64,000 nucleotides of DNA from NCBI GenBank assembly GCA_937873205.1, contig CALMVO010000018.1, positions 697 to 64,696 on the forward strand, in the 5' to 3' direction. This stretch comes from an uncultured Acetobacteraceae bacterium (GTDB lineage: Bacteria > Pseudomonadota > Alphaproteobacteria > Acetobacterales > Acetobacteraceae). The position numbers and the translations under genes are program-made. The notes under the pieces were generated by a model. The model was given only the letters and a program-made list of their open reading frames with translations. It had not been told where the DNA came from and did not search any database. Positions 30,291 through 39,947 of this stretch are shown here, in pieces (within the stretch, counting starts at the first letter, position 1; each line of letters starts with the position of its first letter).

Positions 30291-32884
30291 TACGCCGCCT
30301 CGGTCAGCCGGCCACCCAGGACCAGGCCGCGCTCGGTCGCTGAGACGGCGATCGTCTCGCCATCATGCAGCGATCCCTCCAGCAGCAGGCTCGCAAGCGG
30401 GTTCTGAAGGCTGCGCTGGATCACCCGCTTCAGCGGACGGGCCCCGTAGATCGGATCATAGCCCTCGGTGGCCAGCCAGTCCTGGGCCGCCTGATCGAGC
30501 GCCACGGCGATCTTGCGATCGGCCAGCAGGCCGCGCAGCCGTGCCAGCTGGATGTCGACGATGCGCGCCATGTCGCTCCGCTGCAGCCGCGAGAACAGGA
30601 TCACCTCGTCCAGCCGGTTCAGGAACTCTGGCCGGAAATGCTCCCGCACCACGCGCATCACCTGCGCTTGCACCAATGCCGTGGTCTCGCCGTCGGACTG
30701 CGCGGCCAGCAGGTCGGAGCCCAGGTTGCTGGTCAGCACGATGATGGTGTTGCGGAAGTCGACCGTGCGCCCCTGCCCGTCGGTCAGCCGCCCGTCGTCC
30801 AGCACCTGCAACAGGATGTTGAAGACGTCCTCGTGCGCCTTCTCCACCTCGTCGAACAGGATGACCTGGTAGGGGCGCCGGCGCACCGCCTCGGTCAGCG
30901 TGCCGCCCTCGTCGTAGCCGACATAGCCCGGGGGGGCGCCGATCAGCCGGCTGACCGCGTGCTTCTCCATGAACTCGCTCATGTCGATGCGCAGCAGCGC
31001 CCGCTCGTCGTCGAACAGGAACTCGGCCAGCGCCTTGGTGAGCTCGGTCTTGCCGACTCCGGTGGGCCCCAGGAACAAAAACGAGCCGACCGGCCGGTTC
31101 GGGTCCTGCAGCCCGGCGCGGGCACGGCGCACGGCGTCCGCCACCGCCCGCAGCGCCTCCTCCTGGCCCACGACGCGCTGGCGCAGCTTGTCCTCCATGC
31201 GCAGCAGCTTGGATCGCTCGCCCTCCAGCATCCGGTCGACCGGCACCCCGGTCCAGCGCGACACCACGGACGCGATCGCCTCTTCGGTCACCGCCTCGTT
31301 GACCAGATGGGGCCCGTCGCCGGCACCGTCCTGGTGCAGCGAGATCTCGCTCTGCAGCGCCGGGATCACCCCATACATCAGCTCGGACGCGCGGCCGAGA
31401 TTGCCGGTCCGCTGCGCCACCTCTACTTCCGACCGCGCCTGGTCGAGCCGCTCCTTCAGCTTCTGGGTCTCGGCCACCCGGTTCTTCTCCAGCCGCCAAC
31501 TGCCCGTCATCGCATCCGACCGCTCCTGCAGGTCGGCGACCTCGCCCTCGAGCCGGCCCAGCCGGTCGCGGCTGGCGGAATCGTCTTCGCGCCGTAGCGC
31601 CTCGCGCTCGATCTTGAGCTGCAGCAGCCGGCGATCGAGCTCATCCAGCGCCTCCGGCTTGCTGTCCACCTGCATCCGCAGCCGGCTCGCCGCCTCGTCC
31701 ATGAGGTCGATCGCCTTGTCGGGCAGGTAGCGGTCGGTGATGTAGCGGTTCGACAGCGTCGCCGCCGACACCAGCGCCCCGTCGGTGATGCGGATGCCGT
31801 GATGCAGCTCGTACTTCTCCTTGATGCCGCGCAGGATCGAGATGGTGTCCGCCACCGACGGCTCGCCCACGAACACCGACTGGAACCGCCGCGCCAGTGC
31901 GGCATCCTTCTCGATATACTTGCGGTACTCGTCGAGCGTCGTCGCCCCGATGCAGTGCAGCGTGCCGCGCGCGAGCTCGGGCTTCAGCAGGTTGGACGCA
32001 TCCATCGCCCCGTCCGCCCGGCCGGCGCCGACCAGCGTGTGCATCTCGTCGATGAACAGGATTACCTCGCCGGCCGCGGTCTCGATCTCCTTCAGCACCG
32101 CCTTCAGCCGCTCCTCGAACTCCCCGCGGAACTTGGCGCCCGCCACCAGCGCGCCGAGATCGAGGGCGAGCAGCCGCTTGCCCTTCAGCGCCTCCGGCAC
32201 GTCGCCATTGACGATGCGCGACGCCAGCCCCTCCACGATCGCGGTCTTGCCGACGCCGGGCTCGCCGATCAGCACCGGGTTGTTCTTGGTGCGCCGCGCC
32301 AGCACCTGGATCGTGCGCCGGATTTCCTCGTCGCGGCCGATGACCGGATCGAGCTTGCCGGCTCGCGCCACCTCCGTCACGTCGCGCGCATATTTCTTCA
32401 GCGCATCGAAGCTGGCCTCGGCATTCTGGCTGTCGACCTTTCGGCCCTTGCGGATCTCGGTGACGGCACGCTCCAACGCCTGCCGGGGAGCACCCGCCTG
32501 CACCAGCGCGCGCCCCGCCGGCTGGTCGAGACCGGCCAGCGCCACGAGCAGCCGATCCTGCGCCACGAAACTGTCGCCGGCCTTCTGCGCATCCTGCTGC
32601 GCGCCATCGAGCGCCCGTAGCAGCTCCGGCGTCGCCTGCGGATGGCCCGCACCGGTCCCCTGGACCTTGGGCACGCGGGCGAGCTCGGTCTCCACGGTCT
32701 GCCTGGCCTTCTGCGGGTCGCCGCCAGCCGCCCGGATCAGCCCAGAGGCCGCCCCCTCCCCGTCGTCCAGCAGCGCCTTCAACAGGTGCTCCGGCGTCAG
32801 CCGCTGATGGTAGTCCCGCATGGCGATGGTCTGCGCGGCCTGCAGGAAGCCGCGGCAGCGTTCGGTGAATTTCTCGAGGTCCAT
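30290..32884 (-). CDS. clpB: ATP-dependent chaperone ClpB
   Basis: Two AAA+ modules ([16 protein letters not shown]), [13 protein letters not shown], middle coiled coil, RIDMSEF. Confidence 0.98.
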   Translation of the reverse strand: MDLEKFTERCRGFLQAAQTIAMRDYHQRLTPEHLLKALLDDGEGAASGLIRAAGGDPQKARQTVETELARVPKVQGTGAGHPQATPELLRALDGAQQDAQKAGDSFVAQDRLLVALAGLDQPAGRALVQAGAPRQALERAVTEIRKGRKVDSQNAEASFDALKKYARDVTEVARAGKLDPVIGRDEEIRRTIQVLARRTKNNPVLIGEPGVGKTAIVEGLASRIVNGDVPEALKGKRLLALDLGALVAGAKFRGEFEERLKAVLKEIETAAGEVILFIDEMHTLVGAGRADGAMDASNLLKPELARGTLHCIGATTLDEYRKYIEKDAALARRFQSVFVGEPSVADTISILRGIKEKYELHHGIRITDGALVSAATLSNRYITDRYLPDKAIDLMDEAASRLRMQVDSKPEALDELDRRLLQLKIEREALRREDDSASRDRLGRLEGEVADLQERSDAMTGSWRLEKNRVAETQKLKERLDQARSEVEVAQRTGNLGRASELMYGVIPALQSEISLHQDGAGDGPHLVNEAVTEEAIASVVSRWTGVPVDRMLEGERSKLLRMEDKLRQRVVGQEEALRAVADAVRRARAGLQDPNRPVGSFLFLGPTGVGKTELTKALAEFLFDDERALLRIDMSEFMEKHAVSRLIGAPPGYVGYDEGGTLTEAVRRRPYQVILFDEVEKAHEDVFNILLQVLDDGRLTDGQGRTVDFRNTIIVLTSNLGSDLLAAQSDGETTALVQAQVMRVVREHFRPEFLNRLDEVILFSRLQRSDMARIVDIQLARLRGLLADRKIAVALDQAAQDWLATEGYDPIYGARPLKRVIQRSLQNPLASLLLEGSLHDGETIAVSATERGLVLGGRLTEAA

Positions 32885-32976
32885 GTATCCTGTCCCTTTG
32901 CATCAGGCGACTGGTCGTGCAGATCGGCGGTATCTCGTCCCTGAAGAGGCGACGAACGCCGATCGGTTCAGCCTAG

Positions 32977-33005
32977 AATTGGGCCAACATCACCCGGCGC
33001 TCAAG
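32977..33005 (-). promoter_or_regulatory. Possible RpoH (sigma32) promoter for clpB
   Basis: Minus strand CTTG-N18-CCCAATT resembles the alphaproteobacterial CTTG-N17/18-CYTATNT consensus. Confidence 0.35.
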
Positions 33006-33037
33006 AGCCGCCGCCGAGACTGGAGGCCCGACAGGTC

Positions 33038-33658
33038 GTGACCCCCCGCATCACCAGGACCGAGACCCTCTGGGCCGGCCATGTCAGCCTCCGCCGGCTG
33101 ACCATCACCGGACAGCCGCTACCGCCGTCTAACAGGGATCGGACCGCGGGAGCGCTGGTGCGCGAGGTCGTGGTCTCCCCGATGAGCGCCGTGATCCTGC
33201 TGCGCCGACAGAACGGCCGGCTGATCCTTATCCGACAGTTTCGAGCGCCGGCGCTTCTGGAGCAGGACGATGGCAGCCTCGTCGAATGCTGCGCCGGCAA
33301 CGTCGATGCCGAGCCGTCCGGCTCACCGGCCACGATCGCCGATGCCGAGCGCGCCGCACGCCGCGAGGCGGAGGAGGAGACCGGATGGCGGGTGGGCATG
33401 ATCCGGCACCTGTTCACCCTCTATACGAGCCCCGGCATCAGCACCGAGCGGCTGGCCTTCTTTATCGGCGAGGTGGCCGAACGAGTCGGTCCCGGCGGCG
33501 GTCTCGCCAACGAGGGCGAGAGCATCGAGACGCTGGAGCTCGGCCTCGACGAGGCCTGGACCATGGTCGGCGACGGCCGCATCCGCGATGCGAAGACCGT
33601 CATGCTGTTGCAGCACCTCCGCCTGGAGGCCGCCGCAATCGCGCATTCAGCCGCCTGA
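33038..33658 (+). CDS. NUDIX hydrolase, GDP-mannose/ADP-ribose pyrophosphatase (NudK-like)
   Basis: LIRQFRAP, Nudix box ECCAG...ARREAEEETG, SPGISTE, EGESIE, IRDAKT. Confidence 0.88.
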   Translation: MTPRITRTETLWAGHVSLRRLTITGQPLPPSNRDRTAGALVREVVVSPMSAVILLRRQNGRLILIRQFRAPALLEQDDGSLVECCAGNVDAEPSGSPATIADAERAARREAEEETGWRVGMIRHLFTLYTSPGISTERLAFFIGEVAERVGPGGGLANEGESIETLELGLDEAWTMVGDGRIRDAKTVMLLQHLRLEAAAIAHSAA

Positions 33659-34744
33659 CGCTCCCGCCGCGGCCGCCAGGTTGGCACGCTTCAGCGCTGC
33701 CGCCGCATCGTCATGAACGAACGGCAGGCAGGCGAGGCGCCGGCCGGTGGTGACGGGAGTCACCTGGTGCATGAGCGAGCAGGAAAAGATCAGCGCGCCC
33801 CCGGCACCCGGCCGGTAGCCACGCCGGCTGAACTCGGGAAAAACCAGCTCGCCGCCCTCGAAATCGGCGTTCAGGTTAATCGAGACGGCAAATCGGCGAT
33901 GCGCGGCCGCCGTGACGGTATTGTCGCGATGCGGTCCGAAACAGCCGCGATCGGCGGCGTCGTAGGAGGCCAGGATCAGGCGTTCGAGCTGCGTCGCCTC
34001 GAAGTGATGAACCTTGCGGATCTCCGGGACCACGCGCCGGAAGATGCGCGCCTGGATCTGCTGGGCCAGCGCCTTATCGCGCACCGGGCAGTCTCGGCGA
34101 CGCTTGAAGTTCATGTCGGCCACCGTCTGCGAGGGCCCGGCCGCCGTTTGCGTGAACACGCCGGAGAGCTGGCTCTCCGAGCGATCGTAGTAGGCGCTGA
34201 GCCGTTCGCAGAATTCCGGCTCGAAGACGTCCGGCAGCATCAGCACCGGAGCCGGCAGCGCCTCGATGGCCCGGTCCAGCGCCGGCAGACGCCGTAGCGC
34301 CGCCAGCACCCGTCCAGCCGCCAGCGCATCGTCTTCAAGCACGCCGCAAACCCTCAGCATCGGGTCCAGGATATACCACAGAGCCCTCACGGCGCCGGGC
34401 ACGCCCTCTGGTAGCCGGCTGCCGTACAGCCGTCCGACCAGCCCGTCGGCGTCGAAGAAGTGTCGGATGCCCGGCAGGGCCGCCTTCAGCCTTCCCGGGG
34501 CCGCGTCGGCCGGATCGGCGCTCACGCCGAAGAAGCTGGTCTGCCTGTCGTCGAACAGCTCCCGGTTTGCCAGGATCTCGCCGAGCCCCGCCTGCGTCGA
34601 AGCCTCGGACGAGGAGGCGAAGAGGTAGAGCACGACATGGCGCCCCGCCGTCATGTCGAATGTATAGTCGCCCTGTGGCGTGGTGCAGCGCTGCCTGAAC
34701 CAGGGCGCCGGGTCACCGACGAAGAGCGAGGCAGGGCTGGCCAT
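33647..34744 (-). CDS. 2OG-Fe(II) oxygenase with N-terminal AhpC/TSA-like domain
   Basis: N-terminal GDPAPWF...GRHVVLYLF...FFGVSAD; C-terminal FGPHRDNT (HxD), EGGELVFPEF, LMHQVTPV, distal Arg. Confidence 0.85.
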   Translation of the reverse strand: MASPASLFVGDPAPWFRQRCTTPQGDYTFDMTAGRHVVLYLFASSSEASTQAGLGEILANRELFDDRQTSFFGVSADPADAAPGRLKAALPGIRHFFDADGLVGRLYGSRLPEGVPGAVRALWYILDPMLRVCGVLEDDALAAGRVLAALRRLPALDRAIEALPAPVLMLPDVFEPEFCERLSAYYDRSESQLSGVFTQTAAGPSQTVADMNFKRRRDCPVRDKALAQQIQARIFRRVVPEIRKVHHFEATQLERLILASYDAADRGCFGPHRDNTVTAAAHRRFAVSINLNADFEGGELVFPEFSRRGYRPGAGGALIFSCSLMHQVTPVTTGRRLACLPFVHDDAAAALKRANLAAAAGASGG

Positions 34745-34865
34745 CCGGAGAAGATCCCCAGGTCGGCGGCTGCGGGGCGGGGAGGATGCCCGACCTGCGC
34801 CCCGTATCCATACCAACACTATGTTCGGTCTGTCCTGACCCGGCAATCGGCGTCGGGCTGGAGCG

Positions 34866-35261
34866 TCAACTCGCCAACGCGACGAAGCCGGCATGCACGA
34901 GCGGTCCGGTAATGCTGCTGTTGGCTCGCAGGGCCGCGATCATGTCGTCGTTCACCTCGATCAGGGGCAGCAGACGACGCTGCCGGTCGCCCATGGCGGC
35001 GATCGTCTGGCGCATCATCCAGAAGCCGAGCCGTGCCAGATCGCCCTTCAACACGCTGGGCAGCCGGTTACCGGAATTGCCGACATCCTTCAGCAGCAGA
35101 GACCAAAGCTGCTGGTTCTTGACGAGACCGGCCATGCGGACGTCCGCATTGTCCTCCTGGATCATCAGGCGGTTGACGAAGACGAACGCCGCGGCCTCGG
35201 TCTCCCTAGGCGGCAATGCGCCCCCCTCGGAGCGGCGATATTGGTTGGCGCCGTAATTCAT
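34866..35261 (-). CDS. flaF: Flagellar biosynthesis regulator FlaF
   Basis: PRETEAAAF, NQQLWS, NRLPSVLKGDLARLGFW, LIEVNDDMIAAL; adjacent to flagellin. Confidence 0.88.
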   Translation of the reverse strand: MNYGANQYRRSEGGALPPRETEAAAFVFVNRLMIQEDNADVRMAGLVKNQQLWSLLLKDVGNSGNRLPSVLKGDLARLGFWMMRQTIAAMGDRQRRLLPLIEVNDDMIAALRANSSITGPLVHAGFVALAS

Positions 35262-35343
35262 GCCCGGATCCGTATCCTCTCGAGGGACATGATCGATCGA
35301 TCAAGCCTCGTGCTTTGCAGGAAGCGGCGCGCCAGCGGCGCGC

Positions 35344-35394
35344 CGGCATCGCGTGATGAGATGCCGCGGGGGCCGGGTTCTCGCCCGGCCCCGC
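35344..35394 (-). terminator. Two tandem GC hairpins downstream of flagellin
   Basis: CGGCATC/GATGCCG (35344-35366) and GGGGCCGGG/CCCGGCCCC (35369-35392); no clear U-tract. Confidence 0.45.
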
Positions 35395-35401
35395 GCGCCG
35401 A

Positions 35402-36655
35402 TTAGCCGCGGAACAGCGACAGGATCGACTGGGACTGCGAGTTGGCGATCGACAGCGACTGGATCGCCAGCTGCTGCTTGGTCTGCAGCGAGGTGAGCTT
35501 GGCGCTGGCGGCCGACAGATCGGCATCGGTCAGGCCACCGACACCGGCGGTCAGCGAGTCGCTGAGGTCGCTGGTGAAGCTCTGCAACCCGGTGATTTCC
35601 TGCGTGGTGGCACCCAGCGTGGTGCTGACCGTCTCCACCTTCGCGATCGCTCCCTGGACCGTGGTGATCGCGGCAGCGCTGGAGCTCAGTGCGGTTCCGG
35701 CCGACAGGCCGGTCACCGAGGACGAAGAGGCGGTGATGCCCTCGCCGGTGACGTTGAGCGAGCCATCCGTCTGCAGGGCGGCGTTGTAGCCGTTCTGATT
35801 AAGTGAATTGACCAATTTACCGAGTGTAGTCGCGGCCGAGTCAGTCGCAGACGTCAGAATAACGACCGTATGGTTCGCATTCGCACCCGTCGTATCTTCG
35901 GAGGTTACCTGGGTGGCGGTAGGATCGAACTCGAACGTCGTGGTGCTGCCGTCGCCGTTGGTAAGCACCACGTTCGTACCTGCGCTGAAGGAGGCTTCGG
36001 CCAGACCGCTGGTGGTCGCGATGTTAACTCCCGTTGAAGTAGCACTCAGAACCGTCTGCGTGGATGACGTCGCGGTGGCGCCGGCGCCGAAGGAGGCGCT
36101 CGCCGTCAGACCAAGCGCATTGCTCAGCACGCCGCCGGTGCCGCCGCCGCCCAGCGCCGTCACTTGGTTCCCGATGGTCAGCGTCGAGCCTTGCAGGCCG
36201 GTCACGATGCTCGCGGTGCCGTTGGCAGCACCACTGTCGGCGGTCGAGGTCAGCACGTTCACCCCGTTGAAGGTCGAACTGCGCGCGAACGCGTTGATCT
36301 GGTTGACGGCGTCCGCCACTTGGCTCTGGAGGGTGGTCTGGCTGAGGCCAGTGGTGCCTGCGTCGGTCACCGTCTGCTGCAGCGTCTGCAGCGTGGACAG
36401 GATGTCCGCCGACGCGGAGGTCGCGGTGTTGACCACTTGGGCCCCGAACGACAGGCTGTCGGACACCGCGGACAGGCCGGCGATGTTGCCAGTGATCGTG
36501 GAGGCGATCGCGTAGATCGCGGGATTGTCGGACGCGGACGAGACCTTCAGGCCGGTCGAGACCTGGTTCTCGGTCTGGTTCAGCGCCGACGTGGTTGTGG
36601 AAAGGGACTCGAGGGCGGCCAGGGCCGCGGTGTTCGTGTTGATGGACAATGTCAC
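35402..36655 (-). CDS. fliC: Flagellin
   Basis: SINTNTAALAAL, VSTGLKV, STFNGVNVL, LTDADLS...KLTSLQTKQQLAIQSLSIAN; GTG start. Confidence 0.96.
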   Translation of the reverse strand: MTLSINTNTAALAALESLSTTTSALNQTENQVSTGLKVSSASDNPAIYAIASTITGNIAGLSAVSDSLSFGAQVVNTATSASADILSTLQTLQQTVTDAGTTGLSQTTLQSQVADAVNQINAFARSSTFNGVNVLTSTADSGAANGTASIVTGLQGSTLTIGNQVTALGGGGTGGVLSNALGLTASASFGAGATATSSTQTVLSATSTGVNIATTSGLAEASFSAGTNVVLTNGDGSTTTFEFDPTATQVTSEDTTGANANHTVVILTSATDSAATTLGKLVNSLNQNGYNAALQTDGSLNVTGEGITASSSSVTGLSAGTALSSSAAAITTVQGAIAKVETVSTTLGATTQEITGLQSFTSDLSDSLTAGVGGLTDADLSAASAKLTSLQTKQQLAIQSLSIANSQSQSILSLFRG

Positions 36656-36721
36656 GATGGTTACTCTGCCTTTGGGGTTTTCAGACGACGCAACTCAACA
36701 TGGCTGGGGTTAACAATAGCT

Positions 36722-37126
36722 CTACGGAACGAAAGACTCCGGCTTGTCGAGACTTTTTTCGCTCTGAATCATGATGCGAAGCAGTTTGAGCGCCTTATAG
36801 AAGTCCTCGTTGGCGAACGCGTCCTCGACGAGACCGAGCGCCGTGACGATATCCGCCCTGGCTTCGTCTCTAAGTCGCTGCAGCAGATCGCGCACGGCGA
36901 GGGTGGCCTCCGCACGCTCTTCTGCGGGGCCGACATAGGCGGTTTGCAGCTGAAAGTAGAGCTGGCGGATCATGGTCTCGGCCTCGTGCTCGGCCATGAT
37001 CTGCTTGCCGAACAGGAAGCGCGCGTGCGAGACGAGTTCGACGCGACATTTGTTGCGAAACCGGATAGTCGCGCCGTTGACGACCATCATCTCGCCAGGC
37101 CGTAATTCAAGAACGAGATGAGACAT
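36722..37126 (-). CDS. flbT: Flagellin translational regulator FlbT
   Basis: LVLELRPGEMMVVNGA, FLFGKQIM, FYKALKLLR. Confidence 0.92.
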   Translation of the reverse strand: MSHLVLELRPGEMMVVNGATIRFRNKCRVELVSHARFLFGKQIMAEHEAETMIRQLYFQLQTAYVGPAEERAEATLAVRDLLQRLRDEARADIVTALGLVEDAFANEDFYKALKLLRIMIQSEKSLDKPESFVP

Positions 37127-37191
37127 GCCGTTACCGTATCTCGCCGCAACCGGATCGTTGCGGACGCAGCCTCAGGATACAACGACTTCCC

Positions 37192-37206
37192 TTAATCGGC
37201 GGTAAA
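37192..37206. promoter_or_regulatory. Near-consensus CtrA box upstream of flbT
   Basis: TTAA-TCGGCGG-TAAA (one mismatch to TTAA-N7-TTAA). Confidence 0.55.
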
Positions 37207-37222
37207 GGGAGCCACGACTGCT

Positions 37223-38296
37223 CTACAGGTAGGAGGCCAGCGTCAGGCCCTTCAGATCGGCAATCAGACTGTAGGACGCCTGGAGCTGGTTCTGAGTCTG
37301 TGTCAGCTGTGTCGACAGCAGTGCCGGATCGCTGTCCTTGACCAGACCAAGCTGGTTGGTCAGCGCGTCGCTCGTGGCGGACAGGTCGTTGGTCTGGGTG
37401 GTCAGCTGCGCCTGCGTCTGCCCCAGCGTCGCGACCGAGGTCGTGAGGCTTGCCGTGACGCCGGCAAACTGGCTGCTAGTATCGCTCACCAGCGTGGCAA
37501 AGCCGCTGCTCGTCGCATCGGCCTGATCGAGGCTGCCGACCGTCCCCAGCGCCCGTGCCAGGTCGCGGATCGCCGAGCCCGTCGACGTGTCGGTCGCTGA
37601 CCCGCCCGCCGTCGCGACGAACCCGACGGTGACATGGTCCTGTTCACCCACGGCGATGGTATGCGTCAGAGCAGTGGCACTGGTTCCGTTGACGCTGAGG
37701 GCGGAGGAAAACGGCGATGTGCCGGGGTCGTTGTCCGCCGCAGCGGCCAATGTGGCGGTCTCGGCCGCTGCGGCACCGGTTGTGCCGACCGCGGCGACGC
37801 TGCTGGCGATGGTCGTGAAGAAGCTGCTCTGCAGGATGGAGCTCGGATCCGTCACCGGAGCGTTGGCTGAGTCGTTTCCGGCGAAGACGTAGCCGGCGCC
37901 GTCCTGTGTGTTCAACAGCGATCCGAGCTGGACGAGCGACTGGCGAGCCTGCAGCGCTGCTGTCGCGACGTTGACGCTACTTGAATCACCCTTCAGGCTT
38001 AATAAGGATGTCTGCAGGTTGGTGGCGATGGTCGTGATCTGCGACAAGGCCGTCTGGCTGACGGTTAGGGTATTCTGCGCCGACGTGACATTCTGCTGCC
38101 AGGCGCCAAGTTTGGTGATCTGCGGCTGCAGGTTCAGCGCCTGGTAGCGCTGGTCACCCAGCCCAGCATAGCTGTCGGACGTGACTCCCGAGGAAAGGGC
38201 AGCCTGCTCGGCGCTGTACTGGCTGGTCAACTGGTCGGCGGCCTGGGTCAGCGACGTCAGTGTTGGCGGCAGGTAGGTGGCGGCCTGGATCGTCAT
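37223..38296 (-). CDS. flgL: Hook-associated protein 3 (FlgL-like)
   Basis: LSSGVTSDSYAGLG, LLNTQDGAGYVFAG, QLQASYSLIA; position after flgK. Confidence 0.85.
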   Translation of the reverse strand: MTIQAATYLPPTLTSLTQAADQLTSQYSAEQAALSSGVTSDSYAGLGDQRYQALNLQPQITKLGAWQQNVTSAQNTLTVSQTALSQITTIATNLQTSLLSLKGDSSSVNVATAALQARQSLVQLGSLLNTQDGAGYVFAGNDSANAPVTDPSSILQSSFFTTIASSVAAVGTTGAAAAETATLAAAADNDPGTSPFSSALSVNGTSATALTHTIAVGEQDHVTVGFVATAGGSATDTSTGSAIRDLARALGTVGSLDQADATSSGFATLVSDTSSQFAGVTASLTTSVATLGQTQAQLTTQTNDLSATSDALTNQLGLVKDSDPALLSTQLTQTQNQLQASYSLIADLKGLTLASYL

Positions 38297-38304
38297 GAAA
38301 TGCC

Positions 38305-39864
38305 CTAGGGGGTGATGGCGGCAAGCAGATCGGTGAATAGGGCCTGCACCGCCGTGACGACCTTGGCGTTGGCCGCATAAGCGTTTTGCAGCGTGACGAT
38401 CGACGACAACTCGTCATCGACCGACACCCCGGAGACGCCGGCGACCTTGGACGAGAGCGATGACTGGACGGCGGTCTCGTTGGTCAGATTGCTGGTGACG
38501 TCGTCGATGGTCTCCGCCTGGGCGCCGGTCAGCGCCGAGGCAAGCGATGTGAGGTCGGTGCTGCCAGAATACGGCGAGGATAAGGTGCCGCTGACCCCGA
38601 GACCACTCGATGCGGCCGCGGTCTGGGAAACGCCGCTCTGCACGTCGGAGCCCAGTGCATAATCGAGCACGCGGTCGAGCAGGGTTGTGTCGTCGGCGCC
38701 GCGACTCGTGTTGACGGTGAAGTCGGTGGCACCGCTGGACGTGCCATTGGAGGCCACGATGCCCCCGGTGACATCGGTCGTGCCATCACGGATGGCACTG
38801 GGATTGCTGATGACCGCCGGGTTGACCTGGATGACGTTCGCGAACCCGACCTGACCAGCCGGTGTCGTTGCGGTGGTTGAGCTGCTGGGGAGGTTGCCGT
38901 TGCTGTCGGTGAACAGCGTCAAGCCCTGCGCGTTGAAGCGGCTGGCGAGCGTCTGCGAGAACGAATCGAGCTCGGCCTGTGCCGTCGGCAGGATCTGGTC
39001 GCGGAGCTGGATGTTGGCGCCGAGGCTGCCGCCGGTGAGGCTGGTGGTGACGTCACGGCCATTCAAGGTGATGGCCGGTATGGTGCCTGGATATGCGTCG
39101 CCGACACCGATGGTGGCGTCCGTGGTCTCGAGCGGTCCCGGACCCGCCGTCGTGGGCAGTGCAAGCCCGTTCGCGGTGGTGACTAGGACGTTCCCGCTAC
39201 TGGTCTCCGTAAACTTCACCGACAGCACGTTGGAGAGCGCGGTCTCAGCGACCGCGCGCTGATTTTCGAGGTCTGCGGTGCTGATGTTGTTGATTTGGCC
39301 GGCGACGATCTGCTTCGACAGCGATCCGATCAGCTGTAGGTTGGAGTTCGCCGTATTCACGTCGTCCGCAAGTGAGTCCTGAGCTGCCTGACGCTGCGTC
39401 TGATAGGCAGACGCTGTATCTTGAATGTTCGAGCTTAGCGTCTGTGCAGCGGAGATGACAGCACCCTGACCGGCGTCGTTGGATGGCTCGGTCTCAAGCG
39501 TGATCAGGCTGGTCTGCAGGTTGCCGACGGAGTCGGACAGCGTATTGCTGCTGCCGGAGTCCGCGCTCGTCGATCCCTGCAGGGCCTCGATCGGAGCCAG
39601 TCCATTATTGATCGTGCTGAGAGCGGAGACGGTGGCGTTCTGGCTGTAGAGACTGTTCTGGAGCGCAGTGTCAACGGTCCGCCCGGTCAGCCCGACCAGC
39701 ACACCATCCGGCTGTCCCCCCGCCGTGAGCGACGAGACCGCCGACGTCTCCACAGCATAGCCCGCCGTGTTCGCGTTGGCGACGTTCTGCGATGCCACCG
39801 CCAGCTCCGACTGGACGGCGGCAAGCCCGCTGGTTGCAATCGAGAGAGACGCGTTGAGACCCAT
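38305..39864 (-). CDS. flgK: Hook-associated protein 1
   Basis: SQNVANANTAGY, DLENQR, GGSLGANIQLRD, GVSVDDEL..IVTLQNAYAANAKV. Confidence 0.93.
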   Translation of the reverse strand: MGLNASLSIATSGLAAVQSELAVASQNVANANTAGYAVETSAVSSLTAGGQPDGVLVGLTGRTVDTALQNSLYSQNATVSALSTINNGLAPIEALQGSTSADSGSSNTLSDSVGNLQTSLITLETEPSNDAGQGAVISAAQTLSSNIQDTASAYQTQRQAAQDSLADDVNTANSNLQLIGSLSKQIVAGQINNISTADLENQRAVAETALSNVLSVKFTETSSGNVLVTTANGLALPTTAGPGPLETTDATIGVGDAYPGTIPAITLNGRDVTTSLTGGSLGANIQLRDQILPTAQAELDSFSQTLASRFNAQGLTLFTDSNGNLPSSSTTATTPAGQVGFANVIQVNPAVISNPSAIRDGTTDVTGGIVASNGTSSGATDFTVNTSRGADDTTLLDRVLDYALGSDVQSGVSQTAAASSGLGVSGTLSSPYSGSTDLTSLASALTGAQAETIDDVTSNLTNETAVQSSLSSKVAGVSGVSVDDELSSIVTLQNAYAANAKVVTAVQALFTDLLAAITP

Positions 39865-39928
39865 ATTGATATCCCGACCGTTTCGCCACGTACTCCGCGA
39901 GACGGGAATTCAGGATGACGACTAACGC

Positions 39929-39943
39929 TTAACAAACCCTTAA
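39929..39943. promoter_or_regulatory. Perfect CtrA box upstream of flgK
   Basis: TTAA-CAAACCC-TTAA. Confidence 0.75.
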
Positions 39944-39947
39944 ACCA

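Noticed and set aside
35290-35303. Palindrome TGATCGATCGATCA upstream of flaF as a possible FNR/FixK box
   Set aside because: The spacing does not fit TTGAT-N4-ATCAA; it is a short GATC tandem of unknown meaning.
36664-36677. CCCCAAAGGCAGAG in the flagellin leader resembles the REP-like core
   Set aside because: Only ~12 nt match with no partner stem; more simply the ribosome-binding/leader region.
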